A stretch of 63,018 nt of DNA, counting the filler, from Octopus bimaculoides (Eukaryota): the NCBI RefSeq assembly GCF_001194135.2. It is 4 parts of 3 records of this genome, joined end to end, with 100 filler letters (N's around TTAATTAATTAA, not from the genome) between each part and the next. Parts side by side here need not be neighbours in the genome. Positions count along the whole stretch, not along the records: positions 1 to 21,015 come from NC_068981.1; 3 more parts are not named here. The stretch is one strand, 5' to 3'. This document shows positions 1 to 12,237 of the stretch, piece by piece. The position numbers and the translations under genes were made by a program. Each line of letters begins with the position of its first letter. Within the stretch, counting starts at the first letter, position 1. Below the pieces are notes generated by a model. It saw only the letters and a program-made list of their open reading frames with translations. It did no database searches and was not told the origin of the DNA.

Positions 1-740
1 CGTTGTCTTGTGTGACTGTCGTAGTAAAATGTCATTGATAGATATATGGCGGACATGATTCTTGTTTATTTATAACGAACATTGGGTGAGTGCGTTCTTT
101 GTATGTAATTGAATAATAAATGTAATAATTAAATTGTACAACTCGTTATGTTTTCTCTGCGAGTCTCCCGGGGGAAATACAACACCAGCCATCCATCCAT
201 CCATCCATCCATCCATTATTCCATCCGTCTGTCCGTCGTTCTATAAGGCGCACTGCTTCGAAGAATTTTAGTCGAACGAATCGACATCTATATGATTTTT
301 TCTAAAGCCTCGTACTTATACTAGCAATCTTTTTGCCAAACCGCTGAGTTACGAGGAAGCAAACATACAAACATCGGTTGTCTCACAGTGGTGGTGGTGG
401 TGGTGGCGGCACAGGCACACACACATATATGATAGGCTTCTCTCAGTTTCCCTCTGCCTAGTTGACTCACAAAGCCTTCGCATGCACAAAGCTACAGTTG
501 AAGATACTAACCGAAGGTGCCACGCAGTAGGACTGAACCCGAAACCATATGGTCGGGAAGCAAACTTGTTACCACACAGCCACTGTTTACCGGGCCACTT
601 TGAATGTGCGTTTTAGGAGAATTACTATACAGAGTGCGGGTCCCTCAGAGCTCCGGGCCCTCGGACAGTGCCCGATTGACCGACGGCTCAGTCCGCCCCT
701 GATATATACATACATACATATATATGTGAATCTACGTGTG

Positions 741-787
<47 letters not shown>

Positions 788-1589
788 ATGTGTGTGAGTG
801 TGTAAGTTTGTATGTGTGTGTGTGTGTGTGTGTGTGTAAGCAAAGTCATTTGTGAGGGATTACCTATCCGGGCAAAATGCTTCATAAGCTCTCTGTNNNN
901 NNNNNNNNNNNNNNNNNNNNNNNNNNNNNNNNNNNNNNNNNNNNNNNNNNNNNNNNNNNNNNNNNNNNNNNNNNNNNNNNNNNNNNNNNNNNNNNNNNNN
1001 NNNNNNNNNNNNNNNNNNNNNNNNNNNNNNNNNNNNNNNNNNNNNNNNNNNNNNNNNNNNNNNNNNNNNNNNNNNNNNNNNNNNNNNNNNNNNNNNNNNN
1101 NNNNNNNNNNNNNNNNNNNNNNNNNNNNNNNNNNNNNNNNNNNNNNNNNNNNNNNNNNNNNNNNNNNNNNNNNNNNNNNNNNNNNNNNNNNNNNNNNNNN
1201 NNNNNNNNNNNNNNNNNNNNNNNNNNNNNNNNNNNNNNNNNNNNNNNNNNNNNNNNNNNNNNNNNNNNNNNNNNNNNNNNNNNNNNNNNNNNNNNNNNNN
1301 NNNNNNNNNNNNNNNNNNNNNNNNNNNNNNNNNNNNNNNNNNNNNNNNNNNNNNNNNNNNNNNNNNNNNNNNNNNNNNNNNNNNNNNNNNNNNNNNNNNN
1401 NNNNNNNNNNNNNNNNNNNNNNNNNNNNNNNNNNNNNNNNNNNNNNNNNNNNNNNNNNNNNNNNNNNNNNNNNNNNNNNNNNNNNNNNNNNNNNNNNNNN
1501 NNNNCACTTGGATAGTTTTCGGGTAGTATAGGCCCAGGCTTTGTCTAACCTAATAGCACCACTTGGTGAAGTCTTTTAGTCATATATGG

Positions 1590-2345
1590 AGCATCATGGC
1601 CTACTATAGCAAAGAGTTATTATTGTTGGAGACATATCCGGGTGTAGGAGGTTGGTCCGGAATTTTTTGAAGAAATTTGTTCAGTGAACTTTTGAATTTT
1701 ATGGGATCCGTTTCTGTTTTGACGTATTTTGGTATAGTATTAAAGAGAGCTGGACTGGTTGAGGAAAAGTAGTTGTGACGTAATGACGTTGTGTCCTGAG
1801 TTCGAATTTTGTAGTAGGTGGATAACACAGGGGCCAAAATCTTGGATGGATTTTAAAATTGATGCCAACATCATTTGAGCAATATTGATGGAATATTTTC
1901 CACACCACACAAATGACGTAGCGCTCCAGGCGGCTTTGGAGAGAGTAGAGATTGAGATTTTTTAGTTGACTTCAATAGTCAATGTCTCTCATGCCGTTTA
2001 TCTTTCTTGCTATTGACCTCTGGAGTGCTTCCACTTTCATAATGAGTTGCTTCGTATGGGGAGACCAGTTGGCAACAATACTCAAGGTGGGGTCGGGCAA
2101 AAGTAGAGTAGAGAAGGATGATGGTGTGGGCATCTCTAGACCGGAAAGTTCTCAGAATCCAGGAGCACATCTTGCAGGCCAAGGCAACCTTGCCGTTTAC
2201 GTGGGGACTCCAGCTTAGATTGTTATCAACAATTACTCTAAGGTTTCTGGTGTTGTTGGATGACACTAGGGAGTCGCCCGAGGGAATAGCATATGGTAAT
2301 TTCGGAGTATCCTCTTTTCCAAAGTGGATCAAATCAAATGGCGTT
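1590..2345 (-). mobile_element. 5'-truncated CR1/L2-group LINE, post-RT C-terminal region
   Basis: Minus-strand translations RNLRVIVDNNLSWSPHV...CSWILRTFRSRD...LLYSTFARPHLEYCCQLVSPY and ALFNTIPK...FKSSLNKFLQKIPDQPPTPGY...NSLL match the typical CR1 ORF2 tail; frameshifted. Confidence 0.8.
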
Positions 2346-2831
2346 GCACTTGCGTAGCTGGGAGTGGGGACGTTAGGTGCGGTCCGCCCCGGGCAGCACA
2401 CGCTACGTTAGTGTGACAGTGCCCCAGTATGGCCACAGCTCGTGAACTGAAACTAGTTCAATTCAATTCATATATATAAATATATATATTGAGAAAAAAG
2501 GTCGTCAGAATTCTGGAAATTTTTTTTTTTATTTCTTCATTATTAGCGCTTTCGTTCGTTTCTTGAACTTGTCAAATAGAATTTTGTGAATGTACAAACA
2601 GCTTGTTCATTTATATAAAACAGATGTTTTGTGGGGGGTTTTGTTTAGAAGAAGAGAATATTGTTTTTGTTGTTTAGGGTGAGGTCCCATGACAATGGAA
2701 ATAGATAGGTAGAAATATTGGTAGGTAAATAGGTTGATAGATAGATAGACCTTTTTCTCAATATTCAATTTCTGAACACCACACCTAACACTCTATACAT
2801 ACATACATACATACATACATACATACACACA

Positions 2832-2884
<53 letters not shown>

Positions 2885-3029
2885 TCACACACGCACATGT
2901 ATGCACCTACACATTCATATGCATGTTTATTTATATAAGCATTATATACACGTTTGCACATAAAGATTTCGGCTTATCTGAAGAAGTTGAGCCTATGCCA
3001 TTATATAAATGTCAAGAGAGGAGCTCTTC

Positions 3030-3475
3030 ACCGCCAACGCCACCAACGCCGCCACCACCACCACCACCACCACCGTCCTCATCATCAACACCCGCTAAAA
3101 ACATCACTATCACCCTCATCGCGAGCCTCCACCAATTTATCATTGTCATCAAATAACAGCAACAACACATCAACATTACCTAACTCCTCCTCCTCCTCCT
3201 CCCCGCCATCACCACCATCCATCACCACCACTACCGCCTCCAACATGTTCATCAACGACCTTTCAAGTATCCTCCTCAAAAATCATTTCCACATCATCAT
3301 CATCATCATCACCATAATTTCCTCCTTCAACATCATCACCGTCGCCCTCATCCTCTTCATCATCATCATCATCGTAGTCGTCGTCATCATCAACATCCTC
3401 TACCACTAGCACCATCGCCACCACCACCAGCAGAACCACTACCGCAGCCGCCACTACCAGCACCACTACTATCAT
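3030..3475. repeat. Mixed trinucleotide low-complexity tract (CAC/CAT/CCT)
   Basis: Seen directly. Confidence 0.9.
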
Positions 3476-4839
3476 CCTGTCCGTGGATAATGCCGTTAGC
3501 TATATGAGCATTTCCCTCGAACTAACGAGAGAACCTCTATAGGCTAAAATCGACTTGCAAGAAAAAGAAAGGCAGCCTAACTTCCCATAGACTACTCCCT
3601 GTTGGCTTGAGTCGATTTGAAGCTATAGTGACTTGCCCAAGATTACACTTGCCCAAGATGCCACGCAACGGGATAGAACTCGAGAACTCGTACGGCTATG
3701 CCGCATACAAAGACTTTGGATAAAAATGAAAATAAAAAGATGTCGACAGTTGACTGAAAGGGATAATCTTGGGATGCATGTATGAAGTACTATAATGGTT
3801 TCAAATTTTGGCACAGGGCCACCTATTTCGGGGGAGGGGTTAAGTCGATTACATCGACCCTAGTGCTCAAATGGTGCTTATTTTATCGACCCTAAATGGA
3901 AAAGTCGACCTCGGGAATTTTGAACTCAGAATATAAAGACAGACGAAATGGCGCTAAGCATGTTGCCCAGTGTGCTAACGGTTCTGCCAGCTCACCGCCC
4001 TAAATCCTATATTAATATATTGCAGTTTAGATTTCTTTTTATTTTATTTGATTTTCTTTTTTTTTTTTTCAGTGTCCAGAGAAACGAACTGCCAAACTAT
4101 TTATATACTCAACAAACGCAGCAGTTACTCTATGAAGGGATCCCTAATTTGCATACCGAAAGTGTTTTACACTATATATATATATTTATATATATATATA
4201 TATATATATATNNNNNNNNNNNNNNNNNNNNNNNNNNNNNNNNNNNNNNNNNNNNNNNATACATATATATATCTTTTTTTGTTTACACCACCTGTCCTCG
4301 TCTGTTGTTTTTTTCGTACATTCTCCCTCCTATATATATATATATATATTGGCTATTTGCTTCTCTGGGATTGGTCAAGTGATATAGATAACGCTGATGA
4401 GGCTCCAGTAAGGATCGATAATCGAATAAAATTGTTGTTTATACTTTTCAACGCGTGGAGGAACAGATCAATTGGACACGTTGTATAACTACAATGCAGG
4501 TTTATATGTACTTATGCGTTTATTTAAAATTTTACTCAACAGCAATGACGGATCTGTTGGAATAAAGAAAAATATGTCCTTAATGTTTCACGAGTCTAAA
4601 TGAATTTTTGAGAAGTTTTGCAATAAATATTAACATATATCAAACATCGTGTAAGATACGTAAAGAACTTTCCAAACAATCATAAATCTATATTATCAAC
4701 CAATGATTTCGCGGGGTAGGCTGACACTTTATTTTCTCATATCTAAAGCACTTCACAATATATTTTTTTTTTAGTAAATTCACTTCACGTCTCTTGACTT
4801 GTCTGTCATCTCTGATGAGTATCATCTCTTTACTTTGAC

Positions 4840-5345
4840 ACTTTGCAATAGCCATGATCTTCAGAAAGTCACATAAAAGTTGGCTGTGAAGTTGATTGTG
4901 TGTGTCAGGGTTATGTCGACCTTATCAAACTTTTGCCCATGAACTTTATTTATACTCATGGAGTAAGGAAGTCATCGTGGATATAGGGTTCTTTGTAATG
5001 TAAAGGGAACGTTAGTGTATGTGTAATAGTCATCGAAATTCAGTTTAATTCTGTAGACGAATCCTCTAGAGACAGAATGTGAATGATTGATTAATAGTTT
5101 TTTCATAGCATTAATGCAACTGCAATATCTTCAAACTTGTTCTCTTACACAGTCCATGACCGACAGATATTGCACAAAAGCATCACGATGGGAAGGCATG
5201 GGAGAAGATATAAGAGAATCTATAAACTCAGGTAGTTCTGGTCTTTTTTTTCTCTTCATTATTGCAAGAGACTGAACCAGTGTTTATATATGTTTTGGGT
5301 TCTACTGAAATTCTGTTGATAATTTCTTTACTGGAAAACATTGAC
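4840..5345 (-). mobile_element. Helitron RepHel PIF1-like helicase C-terminal remnant
   Basis: Minus translations PEFIDSLISSPMPSH and PFTLQRTLYPR*LPYSMSINKVHGQKFDKVDI...FYVTF*RS align by eye with Helitron motifs PxEFLNSL.xSGxPPH and PFxFxRxQFPVRLAFAMTINKSQGQ...LYVAxSR; contains stops. Confidence 0.7.
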
Positions 5346-5465
5346 ATTTTTAAGATTTTTAAGAGAGAGAAAAAGATCATTCGTTGCTCATCTGTATCCT
5401 TTCGTCTGGAATTCATCGTTCACAATTTTCAGTAACTAACTTCAGTAACAAACAACATAAAGGAG

Positions 5466-6262
5466 GGATCTTTGGGGTTTGACGGGCAACATTTTTTTTG
5501 TAGTGTTTTTGGTACCGAAACACTTTCAAACTTCGAATATTTGTATATTTTGTGGTATAGAACAGATAAAAAATTTTGTATTCGAAGTTATTTTATGTAA
5601 AAAATTGTCGTATTTCGGTAATTTCAACCAATCACTGACGTCTATTGAGGTGAAAACAATTAATGCCGTAACGGTGTCATAGGATCTTTTCCCTTGAATA
5701 AAATTAGTCCCGTTGTTTGTCAACAACTACCCGTGTTACTCTTATTTATGACATCGTTCGTGCGTTTGTACTGGTTTTAGCTTTAGGGTTTTAGGGTTAG
5801 AGTTCGAGTTTTAGAGTTAGGGTTAGTTTTAGGATTACGGTTAGGGTTATGATTATTTTTGCCATAACCTTAACTCTAACCCTATAACTCATAACCATAA
5901 CCCTAACCCTAACCCTAACCCTAACCCCAACCCTAACCCCAATCCTAACTCTAAAACCCGAACCCTAAAACCCGAACCCTAACCCTAAAACCCTAAACCC
6001 TTACTAGGGAATAATGATATAATTAAACAGGGAATAACACACTTGACACCGAACAGCAGTAATTGTATTCAGCTGAATAGACGTCAGTGATTGGTTGAAA
6101 TTACAGAAATACGACAACTTTAACATGAAATAACTTGCGATGTACAAAATTTTGTTAAGAAGGTTAAGAGAAGTTGTTTTATATGACACATTCTACCAGT
6201 GTCCCAAGTTTGAAAGTGTTTCGTTAAGAAAACAAATGTTGCCCGTCAAACCCCAAAGATCC
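5466..6262 (+). mobile_element. MITE copy A (Merlin-like), 797 bp, telomere-repeat core
   Basis: 29-bp perfect TIR GGATCTTTGGGGTTTGACGGGCAACATTT; 8-bp TSD TAAAGGAG (5458-5465 and 6263-6270); TTAGGG-like array then CCCTAA array inside. Confidence 0.9.
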
Positions 6263-6759
6263 TAAAGGAGAAACATCGATGATATCAGCGGTATAATATC
6301 ATTTTGAGCGCTGGAAAGTCTACCATTTACAAATTGAAAGAATTCATTTAGAAAATTTTGGTTCGTTCATCTTTGCTTTCATATTCTAAGTTAGTTGAAG
6401 TTGCTGAAAGTGATGTTACAAATGATACAGCTGGGGGAGGGGACAACGGAAAGAACTTGTCTGAAAATAACCCCCATCAGTAAGGATAACTTATCGCACA
6501 ACATAGCTTCACTTACCATTATTTCTTACAAATATTTATCAGTTGCATGCATGGCATAATACAATATTACTGGCGATTCATCAATGATAGACACTTGTAT
6601 TATTCTTAGGTTATTAACCCAAGTTACTATCAATGGGGTCGATATAATCGAGTTTCCCAGTAACCCCAGTTACTCCAAACCGTGATCTCGTGTTCTTAAA
6701 CACGGACTGATCTTCTCGGATACGTTTTGTACATTCTAATGATGGAGGAGTATCGTTCC

Positions 6760-7470
6760 GAATTCAAACAAAGGCATTTACCATCATGACTTAATTTTTT
6801 AATGTGATTAAAACGAGGCTTTGCAAGGAAACATTAAATGAGACGTACACCACCCGAAAGGAGCGGTTTGCTCTTCTTTTCAAAGTTGTAAAAAACATAA
6901 GCTGCCATTGTTTCTGAGTGGCAGTGCATCAGGGACATTTAAAAACAAACCACTGAGATACGCATTGTGTAATGAAGGACATAGTGAAAACACAACTTCC
7001 TGTATTTTGGCCGTTTTAATAATACAAAAAAAAAAAGAAGAAAAAAGCCTATGTGAATGAAAGAGTTTTTGTTAACTTTCGCATGGCTAAGTACGGTGGT
7101 ATTAACAACGGTTATCCAGACGGCACTGATCAGATGCTGGAGAGCCGTGATGAGTCATTCCGGACGGATGAAATAGAACTGACAGTATAATTTCAAACAA
7201 TATGAGGCAGACACACCAGAGGGAGTGGAAGAATTGACTGCAGTCAGGAAATTAAAAATGTAAAATATTCAGAATGCTCTTGCCAAAATTGATATTGTGT
7301 ATTTAATATACTCGGTCGCAGTGATCTTCACTGGGGACGTAGCTACGGTAACCAAAAAGTCGCCCATAATATGTTGAAGCACTAATATATTTTGCTAGAA
7401 AAACGTAAAATATTGCGCCAGATGCCAACGCTGCAGTTTTTGATGAAGAAACGGAAGGAACTCCTGAACT
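6760..7470 (+). mobile_element. pogo/Tigger transposase remnant
   Basis: Frameshifted translations IYHHDLIF(N)V, FNVIKTRL...FKVVKN and KLPLFLSGSASGTFKNKPL resemble Tigger FNxDETGL...FKxxKDRLTLLLGGNASGDFKLKPL. Confidence 0.5.
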
Positions 7471-7508
7471 CGACGAATGACTACCAGGAACGTCCTATTA
7501 ATATCGAT

Positions 7509-7719
7509 TTCAAATTTTGGCACAAGGCCAGTAAGTTTGGAGAATGGGATAAGTCGATTACGACCACCCTAGTGCTCAACTGGTACTTATTTTATCGACC
7601 TCGAAAGGATAAAAGCCAAAATCGACCCCAGCGGTATTTGAACTCAGAACATAGAGATGGACGAAATGCCGCCAAAACATTTTGTCCGGCGTGCTAACGA
7701 TTCTGTCAGCTCGCTGCCT
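7509..7719 (-). mobile_element. Abundant tRNA-derived SINE family 1 (representative copy)
   Basis: Head GGCAGCGAGCTGACAGAATCGTTAG...GAGTTCAAAT and core GGTCGATAAAATAAGTACCAG. Other copies at about 3790-3997(-), 12845-13035(-), 23722-23895(-), 28512-28700(+), 49812-49905(+), 51790-51945(-) and 61950-62152(+). Confidence 0.8.
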
Positions 7720-8259
7720 TAACGTCTAATTAATATTACCCCATGGCACGAATGACATAGAAAATATCAATGAAGAGGCCGGATATAATCAAGAGGTGGC
7801 TCCCAGAATAAAACTTCAAATTTTATTTCATAGATTGGTGTACATACAAGCATAAATAAAACGTGTTTTAATATATAAAATATTTAAATATTTTTGAAAA
7901 ATCAATATTAGTACAAACATACTAAAATTTAATCATTTCGGAACCATTGCGTCGTGTTTGCGGCTTACCATTTTACAATCCTGTTTTGTTGAAACTTAAC
8001 CCTGTGGCCTTGCTTGTCTGAGGCTGTATGGAAGCCAATCGCGTGCGTGCTCTCTCTCTCTCTCACACACACACACACTCACACAGACACACACACATGC
8101 ACAGACGCGCACACACACCGCTGTATTTATATATGTCTTCTTGTGTTTGTCGCCACACGTTTGAAAACTGGTGTCGGTTAGTTTATATATACATATATAC
8201 ACATGTCACCTACATTACGCAAAAATGAAAATAACACTGACGTCTCGTTTTAACAGATA

Positions 8260-9330
8260 TATTTACCAAAATTACATAAGAATATCTTGAAATACTAAAG
8301 AGTAAATTTATTCAATAAAATCGCCATTGGTTACAACCACAGCCTCCAGACGACTTTGGAATTTCCTGCAACTCTTCTGGACGGTCTCCTTGTTTAAGTT
8401 GGCGAATGCTGCCATATTCCTTGCCTTCATTTCACCTTTGGTGTTACAAAGAGTTTTGTTGGTCTCTCGCTCAACTGCGCCCCACACATAATAATCAAGG
8501 GGGTTCCAGTCTGGGGAGTTGGATGACCAGATGTTAGAGGTGATGTGGTCGCAGAAATTGTCTGATAGCCATGACTGGGTTCTCCTGCTTGTGTAGCATG
8601 GTGCAGAGTCCTATTGCCAGACATAGGGTCTTCCAGCAGAGTCCTGTTGCTAGACATAGTGTCTCCCCTCAGGGCAGCACTACCTCCTCCGTGCATTTGA
8701 TGTAGTCCTTCGTGTAGGAAAATGAATGGAGGTATAACGTCGCCATCACTAATGATCACTCCAAACACCATGATGTTGACTGGATGTTTGATTTTTATCA
8801 CTCTCGGTACATGTTTTGGGGACAAGATAAGCCAACAGTTATTCAGTGTGTTCACCATCTGATCCTGGCAGAGGTTTTTCTCGTCTGAGAAAAACCCAAG
8901 CATGTTCTGTTGGTGGCTTGGGTTAACAATTGGTCCTTTCTCATCTTGTACGAGGAATACCGAATGCTTTCATGTACTGCCTGCCTGATAGGAAGCTCAG
9001 ACACTCCCATGTCCCTGGCAATGAACCTGATTGCCTTGGAGTGAGTTTTTCAAGCTGTCGTAATTTCGTAATCACCATTAGGCTCATCCAACTCTTTCCC
9101 AATCCTCTGCACTGTGCTCAGATTGATGCCCAAACACTCTGAAATGTTCGTATTGGGGCTTCCGGCACGAATACCAAGCAGTACAGCATGTCGTTTCCAA
9201 ATTTTAGGCAGAGTGAATTGCGTCATGGTGCTGTTTTTCTCACAGACGGTGTCCAACTGACCCTACTCTACTGTATAGTCGACAAAATCAAAAACAAACA
9301 ATGGCGACAGTTTACCCATCGCACCTTCTG
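8260..9330 (-). mobile_element. Tc1/mariner superfamily (maT/DD37D-like) transposase remnant
   Basis: ORF-track pieces FFSDEKNLCQDQMVN...VPRVIKIKHPVNIMVFGVIISDGDVIPPFIF; WPPxSPDxNP-like box; N-terminus WKRHAVLLGIRAG. Confidence 0.8.
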
Positions 9331-9384
9331 TGTTAGTGTGTGTGTATGTATAAATATGTGTACGTGTGTGTGTATATATACATA

Positions 9385-9416
<32 letters not shown>

Positions 9417-9959
9417 ATATATANNNNNNNNNNNNNNNNNNNNNNNNNNNNNNNNNNNNNNNNNNNNNNNNNNNNNNNNNNNNNNNNNNNNNNNNNNNNN
9501 NNNNNNNNNNNNNNNNNNNNNNNNNNNNNNNNNNNNNNNNNNNNNNNNNNNNNNNNNNNNNNNNNNNNNNNNNNNNNNNNNNNNNNNNNNNNNNNNNNNN
9601 NNNNNNNNNNNNNNNNNNNNNNNNNNNNNNNNNNNNNNNNNNNNNNNNNNNNNGAGGCTAATTAAGTCTGTCAGTAGTGACCTCTAATTCACAGTTAAAA
9701 CAGCTGATTCTCTGCATTCATGCAAAAATGACCCCCAGAAAAAATATAAACTAAGAGTCATGAAAAATAATTTATTTGAAGAAAGAGCTCACACAAAAAA
9801 AAAAAAAAAAAAAAAAAAATTGATGCTAATACAATGCACGAAGAGTTTTTGAAAGAAAGCACATATCACAGCAGATGACGATACACGTATCACAGACAGA
9901 AGCAATCGGTGAAAGATGGGCTGAATACTATTAAAACGTTCTGAACAGATAACCTAATT

Positions 9960-12169
9960 TAAATGAGAAATTTATTATAGATAATCTGGTGCAGATTCCC
10001 ATCAACACAGTTCTTGAAGTTTTCGCCTTTCTTAAAACTTGTGATGTACCGAGGCCGCCGACCTTTAATAATACACTGGTGTGGATTCAATTCCGGCTGA
10101 AATATATGTTTATGGAGGAATTTCAACCATGTTTCGTGGTCTGCTACCACAACAGCTCCTTTATAGGATCCAGTTAGCTCAAGACATCATCAGGAGGAAC
10201 CACGTCCGGTTTCGGCCCCTACTCCTCTACCGTTTTGACGTGGCGCCCCCCCCCTTTCGGAGGTGTCTTCAGCTCTGGTGTTGGGTGCATGTCTTCTTTC
10301 TTCTATTCCCTGGCCTCTTCGATGCAGCATCAACGAGTGTCAGCGTCCAACTGACTGTCTTGTCAAATTCCCCTTTTTATACCTGCTGCTAGGCTAGTGA
10401 AACGCTTATTGAAAAGCGGCTATCTTTCTTGATCCGGTCAGCAAACAGCGTTCTGCAAGAATTCAAGAATGCTTCATTCATTCATTCGCCTCTATGAGGA
10501 CAAAGGAGACAGATATTCTTGTGATGGCAGTCGTAAGGGTAATTTCCTCTTGATGTACCGAGGTCGCCGACCTTTAATAATACACTGGTGTGGATTCAAT
10601 TCCGGCTGAAATATATGTCTATGGTAGTGAAACGCTTATTGAAAAGCGGCTATCTTTCTTGATCCGGTCAGCAAACAGCGTTCTGCAAGAATTCAAGAAT
10701 GCTTCATTCATTCATTCATTCGCCTCTATGAGGACAAAGGAGACAAATATTCTTGTGATGGCAGTCGTAAGGGTAATTTTCTCTTGCCAGTTAATGGAAC
10801 GAATACCCCTGAATTGTCTCATTCACCATCTCAGCACTAAAAATTTCCAGTCAGTAGGCTAATGTGGTGTTTGCTGTGCAAGCATAACTACTGCTATTAT
10901 CTTTTCGATATAAGAAATCCAGGAGAGTAGAAGCAGGTTGTGTGTATAAGCTTCGTTGATCCCACAAAGGCTTTTACGGTCGTTTGTGGAGATACCTTTC
11001 TATCATCAACTAATATTTGTCGTATGGCGCGACAGTTTCACGACGACGAGCTGGTGAGTGTTAAGAGCAAAGGAGACATATCTGTATGCTTTTCTTTTAC
11101 AAATGAGGTGAAACATAGTCGTATCTTAGCACCTGCCTTTTTGAGTATCATGTTTGTAGTCAAGTTCAGATCACGTCCATATGGAATTGATATTAGGTAC
11201 AGAGATGATGGCAAGTTGTTTAATCTCCGCAGATTGCAAGGAAAAAACTAAAGTTAGATATTTAAGTAACTGTGAAATGTTGTTTGCATATGATTATGGA
11301 CTGCCTACGCATGGTGCGTCTAGCATACAGACATCTGTCAATCAGTTCTCAAAAGTGTGCAATAACTTTGGCCTCACTACTAAGACTACAAAAGTAGAAG
11401 TACTGCATCATTCTGTCCCAGGACATTCGAACTGTGTACCTCCTGAAATGGAAGTTAAGTGGGACTGAACTGAATAAAATGTAGAGAATTTTGAATATCT
11501 TGGAAGTGCACTATCCTCAAATACTTGCATTGATGCAGAAATGTAGACACGTATTAGCAAAGCCTGTAGGGCTTTTTGGAAAACTGCGGCACAGTGTAGA
11601 GAGTCTAGGAATTGGCATATATATCAAAATCAAAGTTTACAATGCTGTCATCCTTCTAACCCTTTTCTATGGCATGGAAAATCACATAGTGAACCAGTTC
11701 CTTGCCAAATCTTGCAGTGAACCACATGTTTTGCCTGAGGAAGATGCTAAGCATAAAGTACTAGGATAAAATTCCTAATACAGAGATTCTCAGGTGCACC
11801 AAATTATCCTGGTTTGCTAAGCTCCAGCAAACGCAACTGTTATCAAAATGCCTAAACATGTTATCAAAATGCCTGGCTGTAAACTGGTGAAGGCAATCTT
11901 CTACTCTGTAAATGAAGGGAATATTGTTGGTGCAGCACGTAAAAGCTTCTGAGAGACAAATCTACGTAAAAGGAAGCTAACACCAGGGTGTTTGAATATT
12001 TACGAATCTCCATAGCAAAGGTCAAAAGGAAAGTTCGTCAATTACACCCCAACAATCTTGAACATCAGTGTGTGGTCTGTGAGAAATACTTCTCAATTAG
12101 AAATGGCCTTCTCGGTCACAGCAGAACACACAAACGAGCAATCCCTTTCTGCTTTCTTCCTCCCAACAC

Positions 12170-12170
<1 letters not shown>
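9960..12170 (+). mobile_element. RTE (BovB-like) LINE remnant with C-terminal C2H2 finger and (TATC)n tail
   Basis: GVDSIPAEIYVYGG, FVDPTKAF, IRYRDDGKLFNLRRLQ, EYLGSALS-like region and CVVCEKYFSIRNGLLGHSRTH; many stops and frameshifts; internal duplication and insert. Confidence 0.9.
10116..10394 (-). mobile_element. 279-bp foreign insert with a TATA-like box and two CTGAnGA...GAAAC motifs (Penelope pLTR/retrozyme-like)
   Basis: Absent from the second copy of the duplicated RTE segment. Minus strand has GTATAAAAAGG, then CTGAAGA (10272-10266)...GAAAC (10213-10209) and CTGATGA (10193-10187)...GAAAC (10135-10131). Confidence 0.4.

Positions 12171-12237
<67 letters not shown>

Noticed and set aside
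45-91. ATGGCGG motif and gtgagt donor near the window start
   Set aside because: The ORF stops after 9 codons and no linked exon can be established; too weak to call.
5775-6000. TTAGGG/CCCTAA head-to-head array as an ancient telomere fusion site
   Set aside because: It lies inside a TIR- and TSD-bounded MITE with relatives elsewhere in the window, so it was carried in by transposition.
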